Positions 46,908-58,495 of a DNA stretch of 64,000 nucleotides are shown here, in pieces (position 1 is the first letter of the stretch; each line of letters opens with the position of its first letter). The stretch comes from Leidyana gryllorum EB-2025a (taxonomy: Eukaryota; Protista; Apicomplexa). A program made the translations under genes and the position numbers. The notes beneath the pieces were generated by a model. It saw nothing but the letters and a program-made list of their open reading frames with translations. It searched no databases and had not been told where the DNA came from. The stretch spans positions 1-64,000 of the forward strand of contig JBLWGC010000201.1 of assembly GCA_048772705.1 (NCBI GenBank), written 5' to 3'.

Positions 46908-48047
46908 ATGCCATTGGAGCTACGCAGCAGCCGGCGGCTTAGCCGTCAACCCGACGCCATGGCGACCTGTGGGAACCGGGGTTACACTGGTAGCAGTGCT
47001 CAACAACATTCTAGCAACAAGCCAAGGACCAAAGCTATGACGACCACCAAACGAACCAACGAAAGCGCTTACTCGATCAAAGAAGGACTCGCCACACCAC
47101 CTACAGAAGCGGAACACCGCCTGGAACGACGTATTTCAGAGCTTGAGAAGGAACTGAGCAACAGAACACAAGCAAACGGCTACCCGGATTCACAAACCCA
47201 GACACACCCAGCCACTCAGATAAGAAGCGCCGAAATAGCGCTCAAAAAACACGATACATTCAATGGCGAAGGATTACCAAGAGCCCGCGATTGGCTGGAC
47301 GGATGCAGCGTCCGATTCCTTGCGCATGGTATAACCGAGGATCGAGCCAAGGTTCAAGCAGCCTGCACACTGCTGTCCGGATCAGCAGCCCGATGGTTGC
47401 TAGCCAGACCGCAAATGGTGAACGAGTCGTGGGAGGGACTCGGCAATCAGATTTTGGCGGAATTTGACACCCTCAACGCCATCCAAGACGACTTGACGCG
47501 CCTGACGAAGATCAGCAAGACAGGATCGATGAGCCAATACGTAGATCAATTCCGCAGTATCAGCAGGGGACTCACAGACGGAGTGGAGCGCAGAACGCGA
47601 GCCAACCTCTTCATGGAAGGCTTACCGCCAGCCGATAGACAAGCTTTAGCCCCTTTCATATCGGAGGATATAGACACAATTTGCATTCGCGGACTTCAAT
47701 ACGAAGCTATTGTCAACAGCACAAAACGCACACGGGAGGAACACTGCTTCACACTCAGGCCGACACAACAGCGCAAAGTAGGACGGCGCTGCCCATACTC
47801 ACACCAACAGTGCGTCGCCGAGCGACGCTGTTTTAATTGCGGCGCAACCGACCACCCAGCATGGAAATGCCCACATCCGAGAGACGACAGACCGAGTGCA
47901 CAGAAGGAACCGACACGTGGTGACAGACCACAAAGCCGCAGAGTCTTCTCACTCACCACGGACCAGGATTTTCACTGTCCCCCCGGACGCACGGTGCACG
48001 ATCTCGAGGGGGAAGAAGGGGAAGCAACCAACAGCACCCAACACTGA
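46908..48047 (+). CDS. gag: Element E Gag
   Basis: 379 aa, LSGSAARW, CFNCGATDHPAWKC. Confidence 0.9.
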   Translation: MPLELRSSRRLSRQPDAMATCGNRGYTGSSAQQHSSNKPRTKAMTTTKRTNESAYSIKEGLATPPTEAEHRLERRISELEKELSNRTQANGYPDSQTQTHPATQIRSAEIALKKHDTFNGEGLPRARDWLDGCSVRFLAHGITEDRAKVQAACTLLSGSAARWLLARPQMVNESWEGLGNQILAEFDTLNAIQDDLTRLTKISKTGSMSQYVDQFRSISRGLTDGVERRTRANLFMEGLPPADRQALAPFISEDIDTICIRGLQYEAIVNSTKRTREEHCFTLRPTQQRKVGRRCPYSHQQCVAERRCFNCGATDHPAWKCPHPRDDRPSAQKEPTRGDRPQSRRVFSLTTDQDFHCPPGRTVHDLEGEEGEATNSTQH

Positions 48048-50748
48048 CCACACGGTGGTCAATAGAGAACCTCAACACAGGACACAGTCAAGAAGCCTGT
48101 GTGCTGGTAGACACGGGCGCGTCTATCACTTGCGTGAACCTTTCGACAAGTCGCAAACTACATCTACCATTCGCGGGATATTACGAAGAAATACGCTCGG
48201 CCCATGGCCAAACGACGGCACGCATGGTGGCGATGGGATTGAGGACGGCCAAAGGGCAATACCGAAGTATAACAGCAGCGGAACTCCCGGATATACCTTA
48301 CGATTTAATAATACCAACCAGCCTCATAGCGAGCCTACGACTATGCATAAAGACAGACGGGACAGAGCGACTATGCATCATTGAGGATACCGTTGTCCCG
48401 GTAGCTGAAGCCTTCACGGAATGGTGGCCAGAACCACACCGAGTATTTAACACGGAAGCCACCCAGATACTAGATAGGAGAGCCTTGAATTGTGAGCTTG
48501 ACATACCCGATAAATACAAGTACTTACTGATGGACAAATACCCCGAACTCATAACGGACAGCGCACCAATGCCCCCTAGCAGGCCGCAGATCGACCATGA
48601 AATACACCTAATGGACCCGGCGACAACACCTTACGTAGGCAGACCATACAAGGTGCCGCAGGTATACATCCCGGAGATGCGGACACAGTTATTAGCATTG
48701 GCCAAAGAAGGGAAGATCACGCTAAGCACATCGAGTTGGGCGTCGCCATGCATGTTCGTACCGAAGAAGGATACGACGACGCCCAGACTCGTATGCGACT
48801 ACCGTCGCCTTAATATGGCAACCATCAAGGCAGCATCCGTGATGCCAACAATCGAAGAAGCCGTGCAAATATTGGCCGGAGCCGAGTGGCTTTCCAGTCT
48901 CGACTTACGCTCCGGATATCACCAAGTACAAGTCCATCCGGCATCACGCCACCTCACAGCTTTCGCGACGCCGTGGGGCCTATACCAGTGGAATGTGATG
49001 CCGAATGGATTGACCAACGCACCGGCGACGTTCATGCAATTGATGAACCTCGTCTTACACGACTTGATCGGGCATTGCGTATTCGTCTACTTAGACGATG
49101 TTCTGGTATTCTCCAAAACTGAACAACAACACGAACAAGATCTGGATGCGGTTTTCAAGAGACTTCACGAGCACAGCCTGATCATACACCGAAGAAAGTC
49201 GCACTTCTTCAAGAAATCGCTAGAATACGTGGGACATGTGATCGGCGAAGGGGGTATAAGACCCATCAGGACCAAGATAGAGAGCATAGTCAGCATAGAA
49301 TACCCCCAGAAACTCAGAGACCTGCAACGCGTATTAGGAATGTTTAACTACTACCGCAGATACATACCTGATTTTGCCAAAACGGCACGACCACTCTACA
49401 TGCTCGGAAAAGGCTTGACGAAGCCTGGCGAACCAGTGGAACACTGTGAGGAGGCGACGGCAGCCCTTCAAAAACTCAAAGACGAATTGCGTCGAGCCCC
49501 CATGTTGATGTTCCCCAGACCGGGAAAAGATCCCTTGACGCTCCACACAGACGCAAGCCTTTATGCGATAGGGGCAGTGCTACAACAAGAAAGCAGCGAA
49601 GGATTGGAGCCAATCGATTACCTGTCACTCACGCTAAGCCCCACTCAAACGAGATATCCCGTTCATGAGAGAGAGCTACTGGCAATAGTGAAAGCCTGTC
49701 GCCATTGGCGCCATCTGCTGGTCGGAAGGACGGTGAAGGTGATGACGGACCATAAGCCGCTTATACACTTACTGAGACAACCCCACCTGTCCGACCGACA
49801 GGCGCGATGGATAACGGCACTGGCAGAACTGGATCTGCAAATAGGATACATTCCGGGCACAAAAAATATTTTGGCAGACCTTTTGAGCCGCCCGCGTACC
49901 AACATAGAACCACGGCCCTCAAACGAATGCAACAATATAGAACCGGAACGATTGAATGCCAATGACGACGGGCATGAAACGACGAGTCGAGATAACGACG
50001 CCAACGAACGCGGGCCGAACGAAAACGAAACGACGTGGAACAACAACGAATCGACGACGACAACAAACGCATCGGAAGGAAGGAGCCTAGAAGACGAACT
50101 GCGGGCTGCATGGAGAGAGCACAAGGACAAAGCGGGTAGGTGCGGAACAGTACAGTGGATTCAGGAACTACCGGTCACGGAAGATGGGTGCATTGAGGTA
50201 CCACCCGTGGAACAACTTATCAAACACATTATTAAGGACAACCACGATAGCAGACTAGCCGGCCACTTGGCGGCCGACAAGACAGCCGGACGGATCCGAG
50301 CGCTGTTCAACTGGAGAGGATTGAACACAGATGTCATAAATTACTGTCGATGCTGCGAGATCTGCCAAAAATCAAAGAAGAGGAGCCATAGACCTTACGG
50401 CCTACTTCATCCGCTGGGGAATCCCACGCTTCCGTGGACAGAAGTCGGCATAGACTTTTTGGAAATGCCGAAAGACGAATCGTCAGGAAAAGACTATGTG
50501 ATGGTCGTCGTCGACCGACTAACCAGACGAGTTCGCCTTGTGGCATGCAACAAGACCATTTCAGCGGTTGAGACAGCACACCTCTTCCTAACGAATATTG
50601 TGCAGGTACACGGTTTACCAAGCAAGATTGTCTCGGATAGAGACAGGAGGTTCATGGCAACAGTATGGCAGGAGATGGCCCAATCATTAGGTGTTACACT
50701 GGCCCCGTCCACTAGTCGACATCCAGAAACGAACGGATTAGTGGAAAG
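47966..50748 (+). pseudogene. pol: Element E pol 5' part (PR-RT-RH-IN core), cut by F
   Basis: ORF 48101-50779, open upstream to GGATTTT; stops at TNGLVE. Confidence 0.92.
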
Positions 50749-50983
50749 TGTAAGTGCATTGGGTCCCCGGAGGAGGTAAGCCGGTTGCCTTCTTGGCTTT
50801 CTGGGTAAGTGCCTTGGGAATAACCCCAGATCTAGTCGTTCTTCTCGTAGTAACAGTCATGATCTATTTCGGTAAGCGCGCGTGTTTGTCACCCCCGTGT
50901 CTCCCCGTGTTTCCGGAGACACCGGTAGTTGTGCCGGTCTGCATGAACCATAAAAAAGGGTACACGTGTTGTTAAGGTAAGGT

Positions 50984-52779
50984 CTACACTCCTCCCCCTA
51001 TGCGAAGATCGTCTCCGCGTAATTCCGCTTCCGTGAAGGGTATCGCGTTTCTCCTGGTGTTCCACTCGGCTCGATAGTGCAGAATGAGATCCAGAGCGTC
51101 TGCATTCAGTACCGATTCGACTGGTTCCCACGTCGCCTGTTCGCGCGGGTACCCCTGCCATTGTATCAGGAAAGACATGCCTCTGTTGTCCACTCTCTGA
51201 GCCAAGACCTTCTCCATAATGAATAGTTCCGCTTCGCTCTCAGGTGGACGTCCGTGGAAAGGTTTCAATCTGGATATGTGGAATTTCCTCAGGCCTTTCC
51301 ATTCGTCAGGCATCTGTAATTCGTAGACATCAGCAGGGAGCGATGCTAGTACTTGCATAGGCCCCAAATACGTCTTGGACAGTTTCCCGCTGGGTGCTCC
51401 TTTCAGGCCCTCTGCCTTTAGCAGGACCCAGTCGCCTCTCTCGTACCTCTGCTCCCTGTGACGTTTGTCGTAGTATTCCTTCTGGCGGTCTTGTGCTGCT
51501 TTTATTCTGTCCTGGATCTGAGTTATGGTTTCGGTGTGTAGTCCGACGGCGGCTAGGTCGTGATCGAAACCCAAGGTTAGCGGAATTCTTGGGATGTAGC
51601 CTCGCTCCGCTTGGAACGGTGAGATCTGGGTAGCTGAACATGGCATCGAGTTATAGGCGAACTCTACTGCGGGCAATTTCTCAACCCACTTCGGCGCCAC
51701 TTGCTCCGCAAGTGTTCGCATGATTTGTAGTATTGTTCGATGGGCTCGTTCCAGAAGTCCGTTGGTTTGTGGATGGCCCCTCGTACTCGCCTTCAGCTTA
51801 GTTCCGGCTGCTGTCAGCATTTCGGTCCACAGCTCACTCAGCCATCTAGCATCCCGATCCGACACTATCGCTTGAGGGAATCCGTGGTCACGGACCAGTC
51901 TCTTCATAACTATCTTGGCACAGTCTTTCGCCGAAGCTGTGTGGTGGCACGGTTCTAGCAACACCCTTCTGGTCAGTCTGTCGATGAAAGTCATGATGCA
52001 GTCCTCCCCGGTTTCTGGGTCTCTTGGCATTTTCAGAAGGTCAATTGACACTTCTGCCCAAGGGTGTGTCGGCGGTTTAATCGGATTGAGTAGGCCCGGC
52101 GGCCGGGTGGTGCGCGCCTTTGCTTTCTGACACTCGATGCACTGTTGGCAATAAACGCGGACATCTTCCGTTACGCCTGGCCAATTGAAATTGGCCCTGA
52201 CCTTGAGCAAGGTCTTCTCGTGGCTCAGGTGCCCTGCCAACGGTGAGTTATGGTTTTCCTCAATGACGAGCATCCTGAGGTTGTCCCTTCCCGGGACGAA
52301 TATCCTTCGAAACTGGTCGTACAGGATTCCCTCCACCAGGCCATACCCTTCCGGAGGCTGTGTGATCTCCGCCGTTGCTCTCTTCAGCCGCGCTGAGAAT
52401 TCCGTTCCATTAGTCTCTATCATTGAGATGAAAGCTCGGCAGGTGTCTTGAATTGCTCCCGCTCTACTGAGCAAGTCTGCCAAGTCATTGTCTTTGCCTG
52501 CAATGTGGTCGATCCGGGCGGGAAATTGAGAAATCTTGACAAGCCACCTCACGACTTTGGGCCGGAGGGCTTCGGCGCCAGCTGTCAAAACCACCAACGG
52601 TTTGTGATCTGTGTGAACAAAGAATTCTCGGCTCAACAGGTGGTGTTTCCACCGTTTGAGGGCGACCAGAATGGCCCATAGTTCCCTCTCATGTACCGCC
52701 CAGTTCCTCTGTGTGGCATTCAGCTTGGTACTAAAATGCTCCAAAATTTCTCGGCGGTCTTTCGTCCACTGTTCCAGCG
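50984..52779 (-). pseudogene. pol: F pol 3' part (RNase H-integrase-chromodomain)
   Basis: ORF 50984-52744, near-identical to 58496-60290. Confidence 0.92.
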
Positions 52780-55700
52780 GCCGTACACTTGCGGAGAATC
52801 ACAGAAAGCGGAGATGAAACGGCAGATTGAAGAATTACTTGAACAAGACAAGATAACGCCATCAAAATCGGAATGGGGGGCACCCTGTTTTCTAGTACCA
52901 AAGAATATACACCCATTCGAAGCGATCATTGGGATACAAGCCATCCGCGACTTGCGCATAGCAATAGGAACCAACAAAGAGGGACAGCTCACCATTCTGG
53001 AGCGGGTGTGTTTAGAAGGACTGGCCCCACCGGAGCAGATGCTCCAGGTATGCACAGCAACGGCCCAAACGATACAAATACCACTGGAAGAAGAGTGGGT
53101 GATCAGGAAATACGCATGCCTTTTCAAGAACAATGACAGACCACCCCCGGACAGAGGTTTCTTCAACTTTGAGATCAAACTCAAGGACCATGCAATACCC
53201 CATTTCCAGCGGCCGTACACTTGCGGAGAATCACAGAAAGCGGAGATGAAACGGCAGATTGAAGAATTACTTGAACAAGACAAGATAACGCCATCAAAAT
53301 CGGAATGGGGGGCACCCTGTTTTCTAGTACCAAAGAAAGACACCCCCATTCCGAGATTGGTCATCAATTATAAGGCCCTCAATGACCAAACAGTACCGTA
53401 TGCATATCCCATTCCCCGAGCTGACCTCACACCTCCAGCACTCAGAGGGGCGAAGATCTTCTCCAAACTAGATCTTCAATCGGGCTATCATCAAATACCC
53501 ATCATAGAGGAATACAGACACCTCACAGCGTTCTCATCTTGCATAGGCAAATATGAATGGAAGGTGCTTCCATTCGGACTCCGCAACGCGCCACCCGCCT
53601 TTGTGGCGTTCATGGAACACATACTGGAGCCACTGATCGGCCGATGTGTCACTGCATATGTCGACGACATCCTTGTTTACAGTCCCACTATAGAACAGCA
53701 CCGAGAGGACATCAATCAAGTCTTAGAGATTCTGGCCAACCACCAGTTGTTCATACACCCACGAAAATCTAGCTTTTTCCTCACAGAAGTCGACTTCGTG
53801 GGGCAATTCCTAGACCAGAGGGGCCTACATCCAAACCAAGAGAAACAGAACCAACTCCGCGACTTACCACAACCCAAAACGATGGCTGAACTTAGACGGG
53901 TGCTCGGAGCGATGACGTATTACTCCCGCTATATTCCCAAATTCGCGGAACTAGCGGCTCCTATGCACGCTCTCATCAACCAGTACAGCAAGAAGAATGA
54001 ACGACTCGAGTGGACCGACATCACGAATCAAGGCTGGGCCGACTTAAAGAATGCATTTGGTGCTGACTTGACCCTTGGGGTGATTGACGATAGCTTACCA
54101 TTTCACGTCACAACGGATGCGAGCGATATCGCAGTGGGCGGCACGCTGGAACAGTGGACGAAAGACCGCCGAGAAATTTTGGAGCATTTTAGTACCAAGC
54201 TGAATGCCACACAGAAGAACTGGGCGGTACATGAGAGGGAACTATGGGCCATTCTGGTCGCCCTTAAACGGTGGAAACACCACCTGTTGAGCCGAGAATT
54301 CTTTGTTCACACAGATCACAAACCGTTGGTGGTTTTGACAGCTGGCTCCGAAGCCCTCCGGCCCAAAGTCGTGAGGTGGCTTGTCAAGATTTCTCAATTT
54401 CCCGCCCGGATCGACCACATTGCAGGCAAAGACAATGACTTGGCAGACTTGCTCAGTAGAGCGGGAGCAATTCAAGACACCTGCCGAGCTTTCATCTCAA
54501 TGATAGAGACTAATGGAACGGAATTCTCAGCGCGGCTGAAGAGAGCAACGGCGGAGATCACACAGCCTCCGGAAGGGTATGGCCTGGTGGAGGGAATCCT
54601 GTACGACCAGTTTCGAAGGATATTCGTCCCGGGAAGGGACAACCTTAGGATGCTCGTCATTGAGGAAAACCATAACTCACCGTTGGCAGGGCACCTGAGC
54701 CACGAGAAGACCTTGCTCAAGGTCAGGGCCAATTTCAATTGGCCAGGCGTAACGGAAGATGTCCGCGTTTATTGCCAACAGTGCATCGAGTGTCAGAAAG
54801 CAAAGGCGCGCACCACCCGGCCGCCGGGCCTACTCAATCCGATTAAACCGCCGACACACCCTTGGGCAGAAGTGTCAATTGACCTTCTGAAAATGCCAAG
54901 AGACCCAGAAACCGGGGAGGACTGCATCATGACTTTCATCGACAGACTGACCAGAAGGGTGTTGCTAGAACCGTGCCACCACACAGCTTCGGCGAAAGAC
55001 TGTGCCAAGATAGTTATGAAGAGACTGGTCCGTGACCACGGATTCCCTCAAGCGATAGTGTCGGATCGGGATGCTAGATGGCTGAGTGAGCTGTGGACCG
55101 AAATGCTGACAGCAGCCGGAACTAAGCTGAAGGCGAGTACGAGGGGCCATCCACAAACCAACGGACTTCTGGAACGAGCCCATCGAACAATACTACAAAT
55201 CATGCGAACACTTGCGGAGCAAGTGGCGCCGAAGTGGGTTGAGAAATTGCCCGCAGTAGAGTTCGCCTATAACTCGATGCCATGTTCAGCTACCCAGATC
55301 TCACCGTTCCAAGCGGAGCGAGGCTACATCCCAAGAATTCCGCTAACCTTGGGTTTCGATCACGACCTAGCCGCCGTCGGACTACACACCGAAACCATAA
55401 CTCAGATCCAGGACAGAATAAAAGCAGCACAAGACCGCCAGAAGGAATACTACGACAAACGTCACAGGGAGCAGAGGTACGAGAGAGGCGACTGGGTCCT
55501 GCTAAAGGCAGAGGGCCTGAAAGGAGCACCCAGCGGGAAACTGTCCAAGACGTATTTGGGGCCTATGCAAGTACTAGCATCGCTCCCTGCTGATGTCTAC
55601 GAATTACAGATGCCTGACGAATGGAAAGGCCTGAGGAAATTCCACATATCCAGATTGAAACCTTTCCACGGACGTCCACCTGAGAGCGAAGCGGAACTAT

Positions 55701-55939
55701 TCATTATGGAGAAGGTCTTGGCTCAGAGAGTGGACAACAGAGGCATGTCTTTCCTGATACAATGGCAGGGGTACCCGCGCGAACAGGCGACGTGGGAACC
55801 AGTCGAATCGGTACTGAATGCAGACGCTCTGGATCTCATTCTGCACTATCGAGCCGAGTGGAACACCAGGAGAAACGCGATACCCTTCACGGAAGCGGAA
55901 TTACGCGGAGACGATCTTCGCATAGGGGGAGGAGTGTAG
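52772..55939 (+). pseudogene. pol: F pol lacking protease N-terminus, chimeric 5' end
   Basis: ORF 52691-55939 with duplicated FQRPY..FLVPK block. Confidence 0.9.
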
Positions 55940-56062
55940 ACCTTACCTTAACAACACGTGTACCCTTTTTTATGGTTCATGCAGACCGGCACAACTACCG
56001 GTGTCTCCGGAAACACGGGGAGACACGGGGGTGACAAACACGCGCGCTTACCGAAATAGATC

Positions 56063-56989
56063 ATGACTGTTACTACGAGAAGAACGACTAGATCTGGGGT
56101 TATTCCCAAGGCACTTACCCAGAAAGCCAAGAAGGCAACCGGCTTACCTCCTCCGGGGACCCAATGCACTTACACTGGTAGCAGTGAACCAGATACGATG
56201 GACCCAGACAATCACCAGACCAACTCAGATACCTACTTTTATGACCTAGCCAGGGACATAAAGTTGGTAACCCAGCTCACCGGCTCCTTCACCGGCAGTC
56301 AGAACCCCCGAACGCACTTGGACAATCTCACGGCAGCGTTCGACACACTAGAAATCACATCGACCAACCGCACACGAATTGCTTGCGGTACCCTTCGGGA
56401 CTCGGCAGCCAGATGGCTTAACACAGCTAGCGAACAATCGGATGTTAGACAATACCCATGGGCGTTGTTCCAAGAGGTTTTTGTACAGGAATTCGGAACC
56501 GCAGTGCGTTCGGATATCGAGGAACTAATGGACTTACGAGGATCAGCAGACAACTTGATTGGCTACACCCAACGCTTTCGAGAACTTAGACGGGGCCTCA
56601 GCAACTTCGACCAACAACAGCTACTCAGGGTCATTCGCAGAGGAGTGCCGGCCGACATTCGGGATATGATCATGTGCCGGAACCCCCAGACGTCGGATGA
56701 GGCGCTAGAATTCATAGCAGAAGTGGGGCGAGAGAGGCGAGCGAGCACAAGCAACGTGACACGAGCCTTACCAGCGAGGACTAGGGGAGTCGGACACAGA
56801 AACCCGCACACGAGAGAACACTGTCAACGGAATGGACTTTGTTACACGTGCGGAGAAGCGGGGCATATCGCACCCAAGTGCCCTCACCGCACCAGACAAG
56901 CAACTCCGAAGCCATCACACAGGCGAGCGTACCCAGCCCAAGCAGAGGATCGGGCGGAAGAATCACCTCGCAGCGAGCAGGATTTTTGA
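56063..56989 (+). CDS. gag: F Gag
   Basis: 308 aa, same protein as 61846-62772. Confidence 0.92.
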   Translation: MTVTTRRTTRSGVIPKALTQKAKKATGLPPPGTQCTYTGSSEPDTMDPDNHQTNSDTYFYDLARDIKLVTQLTGSFTGSQNPRTHLDNLTAAFDTLEITSTNRTRIACGTLRDSAARWLNTASEQSDVRQYPWALFQEVFVQEFGTAVRSDIEELMDLRGSADNLIGYTQRFRELRRGLSNFDQQQLLRVIRRGVPADIRDMIMCRNPQTSDEALEFIAEVGRERRASTSNVTRALPARTRGVGHRNPHTREHCQRNGLCYTCGEAGHIAPKCPHRTRQATPKPSHRRAYPAQAEDRAEESPRSEQDF

Positions 56990-58258
56990 TACAAGCCCTG
57001 GCAACGGAGCCGGGGCGAGGACAAGAAACAACAACGGTGTTTAAGGTGGGATCACAAACTCGAGCCGCAGTGAGGTGGACGGTGGTGAGAGAGAACAGAG
57101 CCACCCCAGTACTCTGTCTGATCGATTCTGGAGCCGACATCAACATCATGGACACCCGAGTATGCGAGAGACTTCACCTGGACTTGGACACGGCGGACAA
57201 ACCACGAATCGAAGGCATTGGTGAGCAGCGGGCCAAAGGAAGTTGCTCAGCCACTATCCAGACGCACGGCCAACAAACGCACCATCTCAAATTTCTGGTA
57301 GCGGATATACACCCATTCGAAGCGATCATTGGGATACAAGCCATCCGCGACTTGCGCATAGCAATAGGAACCAACAAAGAGGGACAGCTCACCATTCTGG
57401 AGCGGGTGTGTTTAGAAGGACTGGCCCCACCGGAGCAGATGCTCCAGGTATGCACAGCAACGGCCAAACGATACAAATACCACTGGAAGAAGAGTGGGTG
57501 ATCAGGAAATACGCATGCCTTTTCAAAGAACAATGACAGACCACCCCCGGACAGAGGTTTCTTCAACTTTGAGATCAAACTCAAGGACCATGCAATACCC
57601 CATTTCCAGCGGCCGTACACTTGCGGAGAATCACAGAAAGCGGAGATGAAACGGCAGATTGAAGAATTACTTGAACAAGACAAGATAACGCCATCAAAAT
57701 CGGAATGGGGGGCACCCTGTTTTCTAGTACCAAAGAAAGACACCCCCATTCCGAGATTGGTCATCAATTATAAGGCCCTCAATGACCAAACAGTACCGTA
57801 TGCATATCCCAGTCCCCGAGCTGACCTCACAGCTCCAGCACTCAGAGGGGCGAAGATCTTCTCCAAACTAGATCTTCAATCGGGCTATCATCAAATACCC
57901 ATCATAGAGGAATACAGACACCTCACAGCGTTCTCATCTTGCATAGGCAAATATGAATGGAAGGTGCTTCCATTCGGACTCCGCAACGCGCCACCCGCCT
58001 TTGTGGCGTTCATGGAACACATACTGGAGCCACTGATCGGCCGATGTGTCACTGCATATGTCGACGACATCCTTGTTTACAGTCCCACTATAGAACAGCA
58101 CCGAGAGGACATCAATCAAGTCTTAGAGATTCTGGCCAACCACCAGTTGTTCATACACCCACGAAAATCTAGCTTTTTCCTCACAGAAGTCGACTTCGTG
58201 GGGCAATTCCTAGACCAGAGGGGCCTACATCCAAACCAAGAGAAACAGAACCAACTCC
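56980..58258 (+). pseudogene. pol: F pol 5' part (PR, RT), truncated
   Basis: ORFs 56839-57501 and 57646-58320; indel near 57465. Confidence 0.9.
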
Positions 58259-58495
58259 AGTGTAAGTGCATTGGGTCCCCGGAGGAGGTAAGCCGGTTGC
58301 CTTCTTGGCTTTCTGGGTAAGTGCCTTGGGAATAACCCCAGATCTAGTCGTTCTTCTCGTAGTAACAGTCATGATCTATTTCGGTAAGCGCGCGTGTTTG
58401 TCACCCCCGTGTCTCCCCGTGTTTCCGGAGACACCGGTAGTTGTGCCGGTCTGCATGAACCATAAAAAAGGGTACACGTGTTGTTAAGGTAAGGT

